From: a virus
Lineage: Duplodnaviria > Caudoviricetes
DNA length: 52,950 bases
Strand: one strand, 5' to 3'
IMG/VR virus record: IMGVR_UViG_3300009008_000050
Coordinates: 1-52,950 of that record
The notes under the pieces were generated by a model. That model saw only the letters and a program-made list of their open reading frames with translations. It ran no database searches and was not told the DNA's origin. Positions 9,588 through 18,400 of the stretch are shown one piece after another. The position numbers and the translations under genes were made by a program. The first letter of the stretch is position 1, and each line of letters opens with the position of its first letter.

Positions 9588-10027
9588 TGACAAAAACGGC
9601 GGCAATACATAATCTTGCACGAGAGGTCGTTAGGCGAGAGATGCATAAGTGTGCAAATACAAATTGGAACAAATGGCCAATCGGTCGCTGGGGTTATTTA
9701 GATTATTTAGATGACCCTACCTTTGATAATGCCGTGCGCGGCGGGTCAAGCCTTGGTGCGCCGATAGGTATCCTTGGGGGTGCAGTCGGAGGGACTGTGG
9801 CTGCCGGCCCGGCAGCGGGAGCTGCTCTCGCTCCGGTGTGGGGCGGCATAGGGGGATTGGTAGGCGGGGTTCTTGGTATGCTTGGGTACCACATAGGTGA
9901 TTGGCTTGCACCGAGCGAAGAAGACTATTATTCTGACGCATATAAAGATTTTCTTAACGAGGGCCCAGACGGGTCTTCGTATAGTTTAAAAAGCAGTGAT
10001 TTAGGCGCCCCAAGGGCGAGGAACTAA
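9587..10027 (+). CDS. Leader-family protein with a glycine-zipper membrane segment
   Basis: N-terminus MTKTAA...VVRREMHKCA; run of GxxxG motifs (GGAVGG...GGIGGLVGGVLG); coupled to the RNAP stop. Confidence 0.75.
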   Translation: MTKTAAIHNLAREVVRREMHKCANTNWNKWPIGRWGYLDYLDDPTFDNAVRGGSSLGAPIGILGGAVGGTVAAGPAAGAALAPVWGGIGGLVGGVLGMLGYHIGDWLAPSEEDYYSDAYKDFLNEGPDGSSYSLKSSDLGAPRARN

Positions 10028-10041
10028 AGAAGGAGAATAGC

Positions 10042-10281
10042 TTGACAAAAAAAGAATTAATAAAACTTGCCGCGGCTCAAGTAGTCAAAAGAGAGCTTGC
10101 AAAAAGCGCCGGAATAAGAGATGCCGTAGCAAGACGCAATGAAATATACGCTAATATGGGCATAATAGAAGCGCCCGCGGATAGCGCCGCGACAGACTCT
10201 CTCTGGGTAGAGCCGGGAGAAAATGCTGACTCTAGCCCATGGAGTTGGTTCACGGACCTTTTTAAAGGGTGGGGGTCATAG
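10042..10281 (+). CDS. Leader-family small protein
   Basis: TTG start with AAGGAG RBS; KKELIKLAAAQVVKRELAKSA leader. Confidence 0.8.
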   Translation: MTKKELIKLAAAQVVKRELAKSAGIRDAVARRNEIYANMGIIEAPADSAATDSLWVEPGENADSSPWSWFTDLFKGWGS

Positions 10282-10286
10282 AGACA

Positions 10287-10700
10287 ATGAATAAAGAAAT
10301 TATAAAATTAGCCGCATCTATTATTGTGAGAAGAGATATGAATAAGACCTCGGGAATTTTTGATATCGATCTTGACTCTTTGGGCCTGTCTGAAGCGTGG
10401 CCCCAAATTAGCGAATTTTGGGAAAGAGCCCAGGGCTGGGAAGGTGGAGAGGAGCTTACGGATATCCCAGCTTCTTCTGACAATATAATTCCAGCAAATT
10501 TATCATGGATGTACAATAGGGTAAATGACGCTTACGGGGACTCTTCTGTTTTTGCTGACAGTGTAGATAAATATATACCAAACTTTTCTGAGGATTACCA
10601 GGACATAAATCTGTGGGACGCTGTTTCTCTTTTAAGAAATAAAGACGTACTAGGCAATTTGTTCTCGCTTGGGGCGCTTGGTGGTTCGGCCAGTGACTAA
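10287..10700 (+). CDS. Leader-family acidic protein
   Basis: MNKEIIKLAASIIVRRDMNKTS leader; start placed at ATG 10287 by alignment with the paralogous leaders. Confidence 0.8.
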   Translation: MNKEIIKLAASIIVRRDMNKTSGIFDIDLDSLGLSEAWPQISEFWERAQGWEGGEELTDIPASSDNIIPANLSWMYNRVNDAYGDSSVFADSVDKYIPNFSEDYQDINLWDAVSLLRNKDVLGNLFSLGALGGSASD

Positions 10701-10729
10701 ATATAGAGAAGTATATTAAGGAGAATAAA

Positions 10730-10840
10730 GTGAACAAACAAGCGGCTTTCGTCGGGTCTTATAGGGCGGGACAGCATAGCGGTAGCCCGGTAGATGCCCC
10801 TTCACAGACCCCTGCTCTCCCAAAGATGCCTTGGCGTTAA
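10730..10840 (+). CDS. 36-aa microprotein (MNKQAAFVGSYRAG...KMPWR), not in the ORF track
   Basis: AAGGAG RBS, GTG start, KQA motif, stop 3 nt before the next ATG. Confidence 0.6.
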   Translation: MNKQAAFVGSYRAGQHSGSPVDAPSQTPALPKMPWR

Positions 10841-10843
10841 TCT

Positions 10844-11647
10844 ATGAACAAAGAGTTTGCCAAACTTGCCGCAGCCGCGATTGTCAGAAACGAACTCTCT
10901 AAATCGAGCGGTATCTTTGACTGGTTTACGAACAACCCAAGTGATTATTATAGCCCTGCCTATGTTGAAAGCTTATTAAATGCAAATGTAGAATCTATGG
11001 ATGGCCTCGGATTACACGCGGGCGAATGGGCTAATCATTATGCAGGATTAGAACAGAAACGTGAAGACCTCCGACCGCGGAGTTATTCTGAGCTGGTCTT
11101 TGGGGAAGGAAACGAAGACGAGTATTCCCTTGGTAGCCCTCATGGCCATAGGCCTCGCCTCCTTATTGAATATGCTTGGGACGAAGAGACCCAGAGCGAT
11201 ATGCCTATATATGGATCATCAGAACACAGGGGGCAGGATTACAGGGCGGGCGTCGGTACTCAATTGTACGCACCCTTTGGTGGGGAGATTACTTCTAGCC
11301 ACCACGATACTGGTGGTGGGGGTAACTTAAGTTTCCTAAGCCCCTTTTATCCTGATGGCAGCCCTAGTGATTTGGCATTTAGCGCAATGCACTTAGCCGA
11401 GCCTACTGGTTATGAAAGAGGGGACGTTGTTGAACCTAGCGACCCTTGGGGCCTAGTCGGGTCAACAGGAAGGTCTAGCGGCCCGCATCTACATGCCGGC
11501 GCTAAGGTTGGCGATGCTTCGGTACATCCAGCTTTTTTAACAAGAAAACTAGATAGACTTTTTGACAAATACGAAGAAATGGGAAGGTATTCCCCATTTA
11601 CAGAAGAAGATTTCGTCAGCGATGACGATTATCTATACTTAAACTAG
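10844..11647 (+). CDS. Leader-family protein with an M23 metallopeptidase (peptidoglycan hydrolase) domain
   Basis: HRGQD (HxxxD), AMHL, GLVGSTGRSSGPHLH (HxH); leader MNKEFAKLAAAAIVRNELSKSS. Confidence 0.88.
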   Translation: MNKEFAKLAAAAIVRNELSKSSGIFDWFTNNPSDYYSPAYVESLLNANVESMDGLGLHAGEWANHYAGLEQKREDLRPRSYSELVFGEGNEDEYSLGSPHGHRPRLLIEYAWDEETQSDMPIYGSSEHRGQDYRAGVGTQLYAPFGGEITSSHHDTGGGGNLSFLSPFYPDGSPSDLAFSAMHLAEPTGYERGDVVEPSDPWGLVGSTGRSSGPHLHAGAKVGDASVHPAFLTRKLDRLFDKYEEMGRYSPFTEEDFVSDDDYLYLN

Positions 11648-11655
11648 GAGATATT

Positions 11656-12300
11656 ATGGGAAGCGTAAAAAGATTTATAAAACAGGCACAGCAACAGATA
11701 CAGCTCCCTCCCCCTCAATATCTAGAATACCCGATGCCTACTCGCCCCCGCGATCGGTGGGAGGAAGAAGCCCCCCCCTTGTCACCGGAAGAGAAGGAAG
11801 AGTCTCCTTATCAAGACCCATGGGTAGAACCCGAGAAGACAAGTTCGTTTACAACAACCCCAGGGCTAGATGTTTTTCTCCCTATATTAAGCGAGATGAT
11901 GGATAGGGCTAACGTTCCAACGATAGGAAACACTAACGTTTACGAGCCCGAAGCGATAAAGTCTATATATAACCTTCTTGCTCCTGGTATTTTAGAAGAC
12001 GAAGGGGTGCAACGAGATTGGATTAATCTCTACAACGCGTACGCCCCCGGGGAAGAAGAGCCTACCTTTGCGGATTCTCTTGAGAACATCTGGCCGGATC
12101 TCAATGTGTTTGATTATTATGGAATAAGCCCGGAGAGTAGATATGCTATTAACGAATATGTGGGCGACCAATTTCAAGCGATTCCTCCCGGCGCGCCAGA
12201 AGAAGCCGTAATAGAAATAGACGACGATTCGGACACGGGGGATGCGGTTATAGAAAAAGGTGGATCTTTCCTTAAACAATTACGTCGGCTAAAGAAGTAA
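11656..12300 (+). CDS. Acidic Pro/Glu-rich putative internal virion protein
   Basis: AGGAG RBS; starts MGSVKRFIKQA, like the 13858 ORF. Confidence 0.75.
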   Translation: MGSVKRFIKQAQQQIQLPPPQYLEYPMPTRPRDRWEEEAPPLSPEEKEESPYQDPWVEPEKTSSFTTTPGLDVFLPILSEMMDRANVPTIGNTNVYEPEAIKSIYNLLAPGILEDEGVQRDWINLYNAYAPGEEEPTFADSLENIWPDLNVFDYYGISPESRYAINEYVGDQFQAIPPGAPEEAVIEIDDDSDTGDAVIEKGGSFLKQLRRLKK

Positions 12301-12301
12301 T

Positions 12302-12329
12302 TTGCATATTATTTGCAAACGCGTATTAT
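12302..12329 (+). promoter_or_regulatory. Sigma70-like promoter
   Basis: TTGCAT-N16-TATTAT in an intergenic gap. Confidence 0.45.
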
Positions 12330-12358
12330 ATAGTTAGGAAAACCATTTAAGGAGAATT

Positions 12359-13075
12359 ATGGAAAGAAAAGAAATAATAAAGCTTGCGGCAGCCTTGGTT
12401 ATAAAAGCCGCTCAATCTGCGGCCGACGATCCCGATTCGGGCGCGGGGACGTATGAAGCGGATATAGCTCAATTAGAAGAAGAAATCATTCAGATAGGAA
12501 ATAGTCAACAGGAAGATGCTAACCTCGCTGCGACCCGAAGGGCTTTAGAGAATGCGACCATACTTCAAGAAGAAATAGATGCCGAGAAAGCAAGAATAGC
12601 CGCGGAAGAGGCTGCACGGCAGGCGTGGGAGGATGAAACTTTTTCTTCCCCAGAATACTACGCTCTTCAGCAAGAAGCCCTAGACCATACGCGTAATACC
12701 ATGAACCAAGAGTACGCAGTCCCTAGCGTTATGGATATTATAAACCAAAACGTCAAGGGGGGTGATTGGGACACACAGAGTGGATTGGAATCCATTGGTG
12801 AATGGGCAGGAACGGTAGGCTTACCAGTAGCAGCAGCGGCACTAATAGCAACGTTGCCAGGATTAGGTGGAACGTATACCCTAGGCAGCCACTTAGGGGC
12901 AATGCCAGCACTTAGTAGTATAAACGCGGGTCTCCTCGGCGCCGGCGGAAATCTCACCGGAATCGGTAAGGGTATAGGTTGGTTATGGGGCGAAGGTGGC
13001 CCTGACCTGTGGCATGGTAATTATATAGACTACGCCGACATACAAGGTTGGCTTGACAAAGAAGATTTATTATAA
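12359..13075 (+). CDS. Leader-family protein with a coiled coil and hydrophobic Gly/Ala-rich segments
   Basis: AAGGAG RBS; MERKEIIKLAAALVIKAA. Confidence 0.8.
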   Translation: MERKEIIKLAAALVIKAAQSAADDPDSGAGTYEADIAQLEEEIIQIGNSQQEDANLAATRRALENATILQEEIDAEKARIAAEEAARQAWEDETFSSPEYYALQQEALDHTRNTMNQEYAVPSVMDIINQNVKGGDWDTQSGLESIGEWAGTVGLPVAAAALIATLPGLGGTYTLGSHLGAMPALSSINAGLLGAGGNLTGIGKGIGWLWGEGGPDLWHGNYIDYADIQGWLDKEDLL

Positions 13076-13092
13076 TAACGAAAGGACACGAA

Positions 13093-13824
13093 ATGACAAG
13101 AAAAGGATTCATAAAACTCGCAGCCGCACAAATAGTGAGGAACGAGATGTGGAAGCGTGCGCAGGTAGACCCAAGAACCCAGCCCCCCGTGGAAAATAGG
13201 ACAGCTCATCCCTATTTTATTCCAGACCCGGGTGGCCTCGGCTGGGAGGGATCCGAGGAGCAAAACGCGAGAATCGGTGCAAAGAAAGAGGAGCTTGATG
13301 CAATCGCAGCAGGCGAAGCCGCTGCAGCTAGAGACGCGCGGGGTATTGTTGAAGAGGCAAGAGGTCACATGGCAAGACGTGCTAGAGGTAAAGCCGAAGA
13401 ACAGCGCAACTCTCTTGCTGATCTAATCGCTGGGAAAGGTAACGCCCCTCTCGGCATGCCGTATCCGGAGCTTGTCCAAAGATTCGAGAGCGCCCAGCCT
13501 ATGGCCCCCATTTACGCCGCTGCCGGCCGTGGAGACATATCTCACCCCGGTACGAGCTTTAGTAATAGCCTTAACACCGTATCTCGCGATCTAATAGAAA
13601 ACATCTACGGCTCTAATTTTTATGACCAAGGCTTCTTAGAAACCTTTGGCGAAACGGCTACCATTCCTATAAGCGGGCTTGCGAAGTTGATAGGCACGGC
13701 TCCCTATCAGATAAGCGATGCCGCTTCCAATGTTTGGGACGCTACTAAAGAATTCGGTTCCAATGCTTGGGACGCTACTAAAGAATTCGGTTCCAATGCT
13801 TGGGACGCTATAACTGGTTATTAG
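13093..13824 (+). CDS. Leader-family protein with C-terminal 11-aa Trp repeats
   Basis: MTRKGFIKLAAAQIVRNEMWKRA leader; SNAWDATKEFG repeats. Confidence 0.8.
   Translation: MTRKGFIKLAAAQIVRNEMWKRAQVDPRTQPPVENRTAHPYFIPDPGGLGWEGSEEQNARIGAKKEELDAIAAGEAAAARDARGIVEEARGHMARRARGKAEEQRNSLADLIAGKGNAPLGMPYPELVQRFESAQPMAPIYAAAGRGDISHPGTSFSNSLNTVSRDLIENIYGSNFYDQGFLETFGETATIPISGLAKLIGTAPYQISDAASNVWDATKEFGSNAWDATKEFGSNAWDAITGY
13725..13810 (+). repeat. 33-bp coding tandem repeat, about 2.6 copies
   Basis: Unit TTCCAATGYTTGGGACGCTACTAAAGAATTCGG at 13725 and 13758, partial at 13791. Confidence 0.92.
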
Positions 13825-13857
13825 AAATAACTATAAACATAAGAAAGGACGCTAACA

Positions 13858-14532
13858 ATGGGTAGTGTTAAAAGAATGATTGGCAACGGCATGAGAAAGC
13901 AAGCTTCACAGCAGATGCAAAAACGTGCCTATGCTAACGAAATGTACAAAAGAGCCTATGCTAACGAAATGTACAAAAGAGCATATGCTAACGAAATGTA
14001 CAAAAGAGCATATGCTAACGAAATGTACAAAAGAGCATATGTAGGAGAAATGCAGAAGCGTGCACATCTCAACGGACTCTACAAACGCGCATATGTGAAT
14101 AAAATGCAGAAGCTGGGTATGCCGGCTTCTATAATGAGGCTTCTTGGGAAACAAGCTCCGAAGGCAAAGGTTCTCCCAAAGATCCTTAAGTCTCTTGCTG
14201 CGGCTGCAGGCATCGGTGGGCTTGGTTATGCTGGATACAAAAACCAAGACGAAATATCCGACGTCCTCTCTGGGTTATTTGGTGACTCGCCACCTAGGAA
14301 AAAACCCTTTGTGCCAGATCCAGATAGACCCCCCCACCATATATCAGGAAACCCTGAGGGCGTGCGTCCAGTCAGACCAGGCGGCCCGCCTCCCTTCAGC
14401 GCTATGCCTCCGATCGTTGGAGAAGAATCAGACATAGAGGGAATACGCGCACAAATTGTGAAGTACTTAGAGAATAATAACGAGAGTCTCACGCAGGACG
14501 AAATTGATGCTCTGAAAGAGTACGGCTTTTAA
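13858..14532 (+). CDS. Protein with tandem AYANEMYKR repeats, a hydrophobic segment and a Pro-rich region
   Basis: AAAGGA RBS; in-frame repeats; SLAAAAGIGGLGYAGY segment. Confidence 0.8.
   Translation: MGSVKRMIGNGMRKQASQQMQKRAYANEMYKRAYANEMYKRAYANEMYKRAYANEMYKRAYVGEMQKRAHLNGLYKRAYVNKMQKLGMPASIMRLLGKQAPKAKVLPKILKSLAAAAGIGGLGYAGYKNQDEISDVLSGLFGDSPPRKKPFVPDPDRPPHHISGNPEGVRPVRPGGPPPFSAMPPIVGEESDIEGIRAQIVKYLENNNESLTQDEIDALKEYGF
13927..14115 (+). repeat. 27-bp coding tandem repeat (4 near-perfect plus 3 degenerate copies)
   Basis: GCMTATGCTAACGAAATGTACAAAAGA at 13927, 13954, 13981 and 14008. Confidence 0.95.
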
Positions 14533-14536
14533 ACTC

Positions 14537-14565
14537 TTGCTTTTAATCTTGGGTGTGTGTATAAT
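14537..14565 (+). promoter_or_regulatory. Sigma70-like promoter for the tail module
   Basis: TTGCTT-N17-TATAAT upstream of RBS and ATG 14601. Confidence 0.6.
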
Positions 14566-14600
14566 ACTTTCGTAGACAAATACTAACGAAAGGAATACAC

Positions 14601-15119
14601 ATGCCCAATTCTATACTTAACGGAATAGAAGATGTCAATCAGGCTCTTTTTCAAAAACACAAAGAAAAATTTAACCCCGACCAAGTAGACGAAGATATTG
14701 CTCGTATACAAGAAGGTAAGCGGGTTGTACGCGAAGTTGACGTTGGTAACCAAACTGTGGTTTTGCGCAACCTTAAGCTTAGCGAAGCCGATATTGCCAG
14801 AAACATGGGACGCCAAGTAGATGCCGAGGGTAAGATTCTTAGGAACAGTAATGGAGAGGCTATTGTTGACGAAGCCGTCTTCGGTAGAATACAATTATAT
14901 CTTTCTATATACTCTATTTCGGGGAAAGACTTAACCGCCTTCCCGGGAGACCTCGGAACAGTTGAGAATCGCCAACAGTTTGAAAAGGCCTTAGAAGAGC
15001 GGCGCGAATGGATAGAGGACCTCCCCCCCACTTGGGTTAGACCGGTGGTAGAAAACAACATTGCTCTTATAGTTTACGTTGAAAAGCTTTCTGACCCGAA
15101 GACAATAGCAAATTTTTAA
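14601..15119 (+). CDS. Tail assembly chaperone (lambda G-like)
   Basis: Lies before the tape measure gene and ends on the slippery heptamer A AAT TTT. Confidence 0.7.
   Translation: MPNSILNGIEDVNQALFQKHKEKFNPDQVDEDIARIQEGKRVVREVDVGNQTVVLRNLKLSEADIARNMGRQVDAEGKILRNSNGEAIVDEAVFGRIQLYLSIYSISGKDLTAFPGDLGTVENRQQFEKALEERREWIEDLPPTWVRPVVENNIALIVYVEKLSDPKTIANF
15110..15116 (+). other. Programmed -1 ribosomal frameshift site
   Basis: X XXY YYZ heptamer A AAT TTT immediately before the stop; the -1 frame is open to 15400. Confidence 0.75.
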
Positions 15120-15400
15120 ACAGCCCTCTCGGTTCATTAGTTGCCGACCTGTTGTACCGGGGGGTATGGAAAATCCAAGACAGCATGTCTTACTCTATAA
15201 TGATTATGTATCATCGGAGAAAACTTGCTATTGACATGATAACTGCTACGCAAGGAGCTCGGTCACAAGAACAATTCGAGGCGATTAAGTCACTCATTCT
15301 TCCGTGGGAGATGCCTACCTTTACGGGAGACGCTTATTGTGATACAATTATGCGCAATCATCCAATGATAGGCAAGAAAATACAAATCAGCAAATCTTAA
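15116..15400 (+). CDS. Frameshift extension of the tail assembly chaperone (lambda T-like)
   Basis: The -1 frame reads LNSPLGSLVADLLYRG... with no stop; the TTG at 15152 has no RBS. Confidence 0.65.
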   Translation, partial: LNSPLGSLVADLLYRGVWKIQDSMSYSIMIMYHRRKLAIDMITATQGARSQEQFEAIKSLILPWEMPTFTGDAYCDTIMRNHPMIGKKIQISKS

Positions 15401-15403
15401 CAG

Positions 15404-15431
15404 TTGAAGAATAAGAATTCTATCGTATAAT
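15404..15431 (+). promoter_or_regulatory. Sigma70-like promoter
   Basis: TTGAAG-N16-TATAAT upstream of ATG 15453. Confidence 0.5.
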
Positions 15432-15452
15432 TAACATAGCGAAAGGATTTTT

Positions 15453-18400
15453 ATGAACGGTCAAGCTTATGCGGGTTACGCAACTTACGATAATTTAAGC
15501 CAAATAGGCCAAGCGTCTACAAATCAATTAAATCAAATGAGTGTTCCTGGTCCCGTTATAGGGGCTACTGGTTATAATATGGCAGGCTCTGCAATGGCGA
15601 CATATTCTTCATTTCAAATTCAGACCGACGCAATAAATCGCCAGTTACAACAGCAGGTGGGGCAGGAGTATGCTGACTACCAAAGACGATCTTATAATTT
15701 TGACTTAATGGGTATAGCCGCGATGCCTATTTTAGGAGCTATAGGTGGAGCGTTTGCGGGCGGGCCTGGAGCCGTCGCGGGGTATGCCGCTGGCGCAGGG
15801 CTTATGATGGCGCTTCCTTCAATGGCGGCCGAGTTTGGTTTCTTGCAACTGCCTGAATCTGTAACCATAGAAGAGCAGACAAAGGCATTGATGTCCGAAG
15901 CTGTCTATGGTGCAGCATGGTCTACAATGGACCCATTCACGACACGCGGCCTTCGCGGAACATCGGTTCTACAGGCACAAGACGCCGCCGAGGAACTTTA
16001 TAGTTCTATGCGATCTCAGGGCTTCCAGGGAGCAGAACTTTCTAGACTCATGCCTGCGTTACAATCTATAGGCGCGTTCTCTGGCACTGACAATATAGAC
16101 GAAATGGTCGCCGTCGCCGAGCAGTATATAAGTTCTATACGCGACTTCATCTCTCGTACAAACGCTATGATGGAAGACGTTGTTGCGCTAGTTGGCGTTG
16201 GCGGAATGTTTGGGCTAGAGGGCGCTGGTATAGAAAACTACTTACAATCGATTAGCCGTGGAGCAGGAGCCTCTAATATGGCCCCTGCTGACTTTGCTGA
16301 AGACGCGGCAATGTCAGCGGCGAGGCTTGTAGGGCTTGGCGATGACTTAACGGGTGTCTTTGAACAATACGCTCTCACGGGGGCTTACACCAGGGGGGCG
16401 GCTCGCTTATCTAATGAAGAAACATGGGGAAGTCCGTTTACCCCTCAAGAGATGGCAAAGCAGATTGCTGGGTTGGGTATAGGTCGATTCACAGGCAGCC
16501 CAAGCGGGATGGCGCAAGCGACCGCAATGTCAGTATCCCCAGGCGCACTCGATGATTATTTGTCGACGGGCTACGTTGGCTCGGAGGCTTATAACGACTA
16601 TTGGGACCTTTCCCCCACCGAGAGATATAAAGCCAAATACAACGTAGGAGAATTCTTAGCAAATAACTCGTCTAGTTTATATTTAGGAGATGTTTCTAGG
16701 ATAATGAACCTCGCCCCGGACTTTGGCGGGGATTTAGAGGCTGGCGGAGCTTATCTTGCTGAAAGATTAAATGCCGAATACAATATGGGAATGACGCCAG
16801 TACAGGGAAGAAACATGCTGGAGACGTACGACTTCCAGCGTTCAATTTCGGGGCAGGCTCAGACGTGGGAGTATATGACACTGGTACAGCCTTACGAAGA
16901 AAAGCACCAAACCGCCTTATCGGAGATGACAGAAAGAATCTACCGAGGATTGGTAGGAACGCAATATATCACCAACAAAGAAGTGGGGTGGGGGACGAAT
17001 AACCCATGGTATGATGACGAGAAGGGGCTTAAGGTTATTGAGGGTAGTCGGAATTTTCGATTCCTGAGCGATGACGAATTATCAAAGATGGATGCCAACC
17101 TAATAGGACTAGGTAACACGGAGTCGATAAGTTATCTTGTCGGCAGAGAGGAAGGCAGGGCTGTTGATTTAGTCGGCCTAATGTATGGAGCTGGAGAGTT
17201 TGTGCCAAACGAACAGCGCATGCTAACTGCGGTAATGAATAATTCTCGGTTATACAGAAAAACTGACAACGGAGACGTCCTAGTAGAGGGAGTAAGAGCT
17301 CAGATTATCGACGGAGAAATAAGGTGGATTGTTTCAGGGGACGGGGCCTTTAACGCGGGTGCCACGAGCTCAGTTTATAAAGAAGGGGATGATGTTACGA
17401 ATTACGTCACCGGCGCCACAGGCGCTCGGTTTGGATTCCGGGGAGATGATCTTACCGATGCATTAGCGGCAATAACGGTTGGCTCTTACACATCGGAAGA
17501 AAGCTGGAATTACGCTAATAGATATGGCGTTGCTGGTACGCTGGATGAATACATCGACTTAAACTTCGAACTCGCTGACTTCGAGAGGACTAACGCTAGC
17601 GGTGCACGTAATGCCTTAGAACCACTTCTCCTTGCTCAGGCAACTCAGATTACTATTTCTAGCTCGGATTGGGATTTTGGATGGGTGGACCTTCGGGGAA
17701 GAAGTAGCCTTGATATTGCGAGAGGAATCGCATACAGAAAATTTGGAACGACAAATATATCTTCTCTAAGTGAAGGCGAGCGAAACTGGGTGGCTTCTTT
17801 TGTTACGCAGAAATACAACAGAACCTTTGATTTGGAGACGGCAACAGATTCTTATACAGACTTTATGGGCGACGAAGACATCTATAGTAGCTTATCTACC
17901 GATCAGCAAAAAGAGCGAATGTCTAACATGTCGGCAACTGATCAAAAAACGCTTTGGGATTATTTTCACGGGATAAGGAGCGATCTCCCCCTACATCTTC
18001 GAGGTGTGGTTAGCGCGATGGGGCTTACTAATGAATCAGGCGCTCAGGTTCTGGAGTCTGCGGCACATTACCAATACAGAACCGCTCTCACCGCCGCGGA
18101 AACTTTAATACGGGAAGAATTAAAATTAAATAATTTTAATATAGAGGATGCCGCTTCGGGTGGAATAGAGGGGACCGCCTTGGCTAATTACTCTGGCGAT
18201 AATAAAGAGCTTTTAGGAATTATTGATTACCTGCGGGGCGGCATAACAGCACAAGAAAGACCCGGCTTTATAAGCTCTGTTGGGCATACCCCGGTTTTAG
18301 ACATAGCGGCGTCGGGTTCGCCTGAGCTGACAGATAGAACAATTGCTGAAAATACAATGAATTACTCCAAGGAAATGGTAGATATTTTAAATCACATAAA

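Noticed and set aside
13927-14115. 27-bp repeats as a CRISPR array
   Set aside because: The units are contiguous with no spacers, are in-frame coding, and no cas genes are present
9587-14532. Leader family as RiPP or bacteriocin precursors
   Set aside because: No modifying enzymes or peptidase-transporter nearby, no double-glycine site, and the cargos include a folded M23 enzyme
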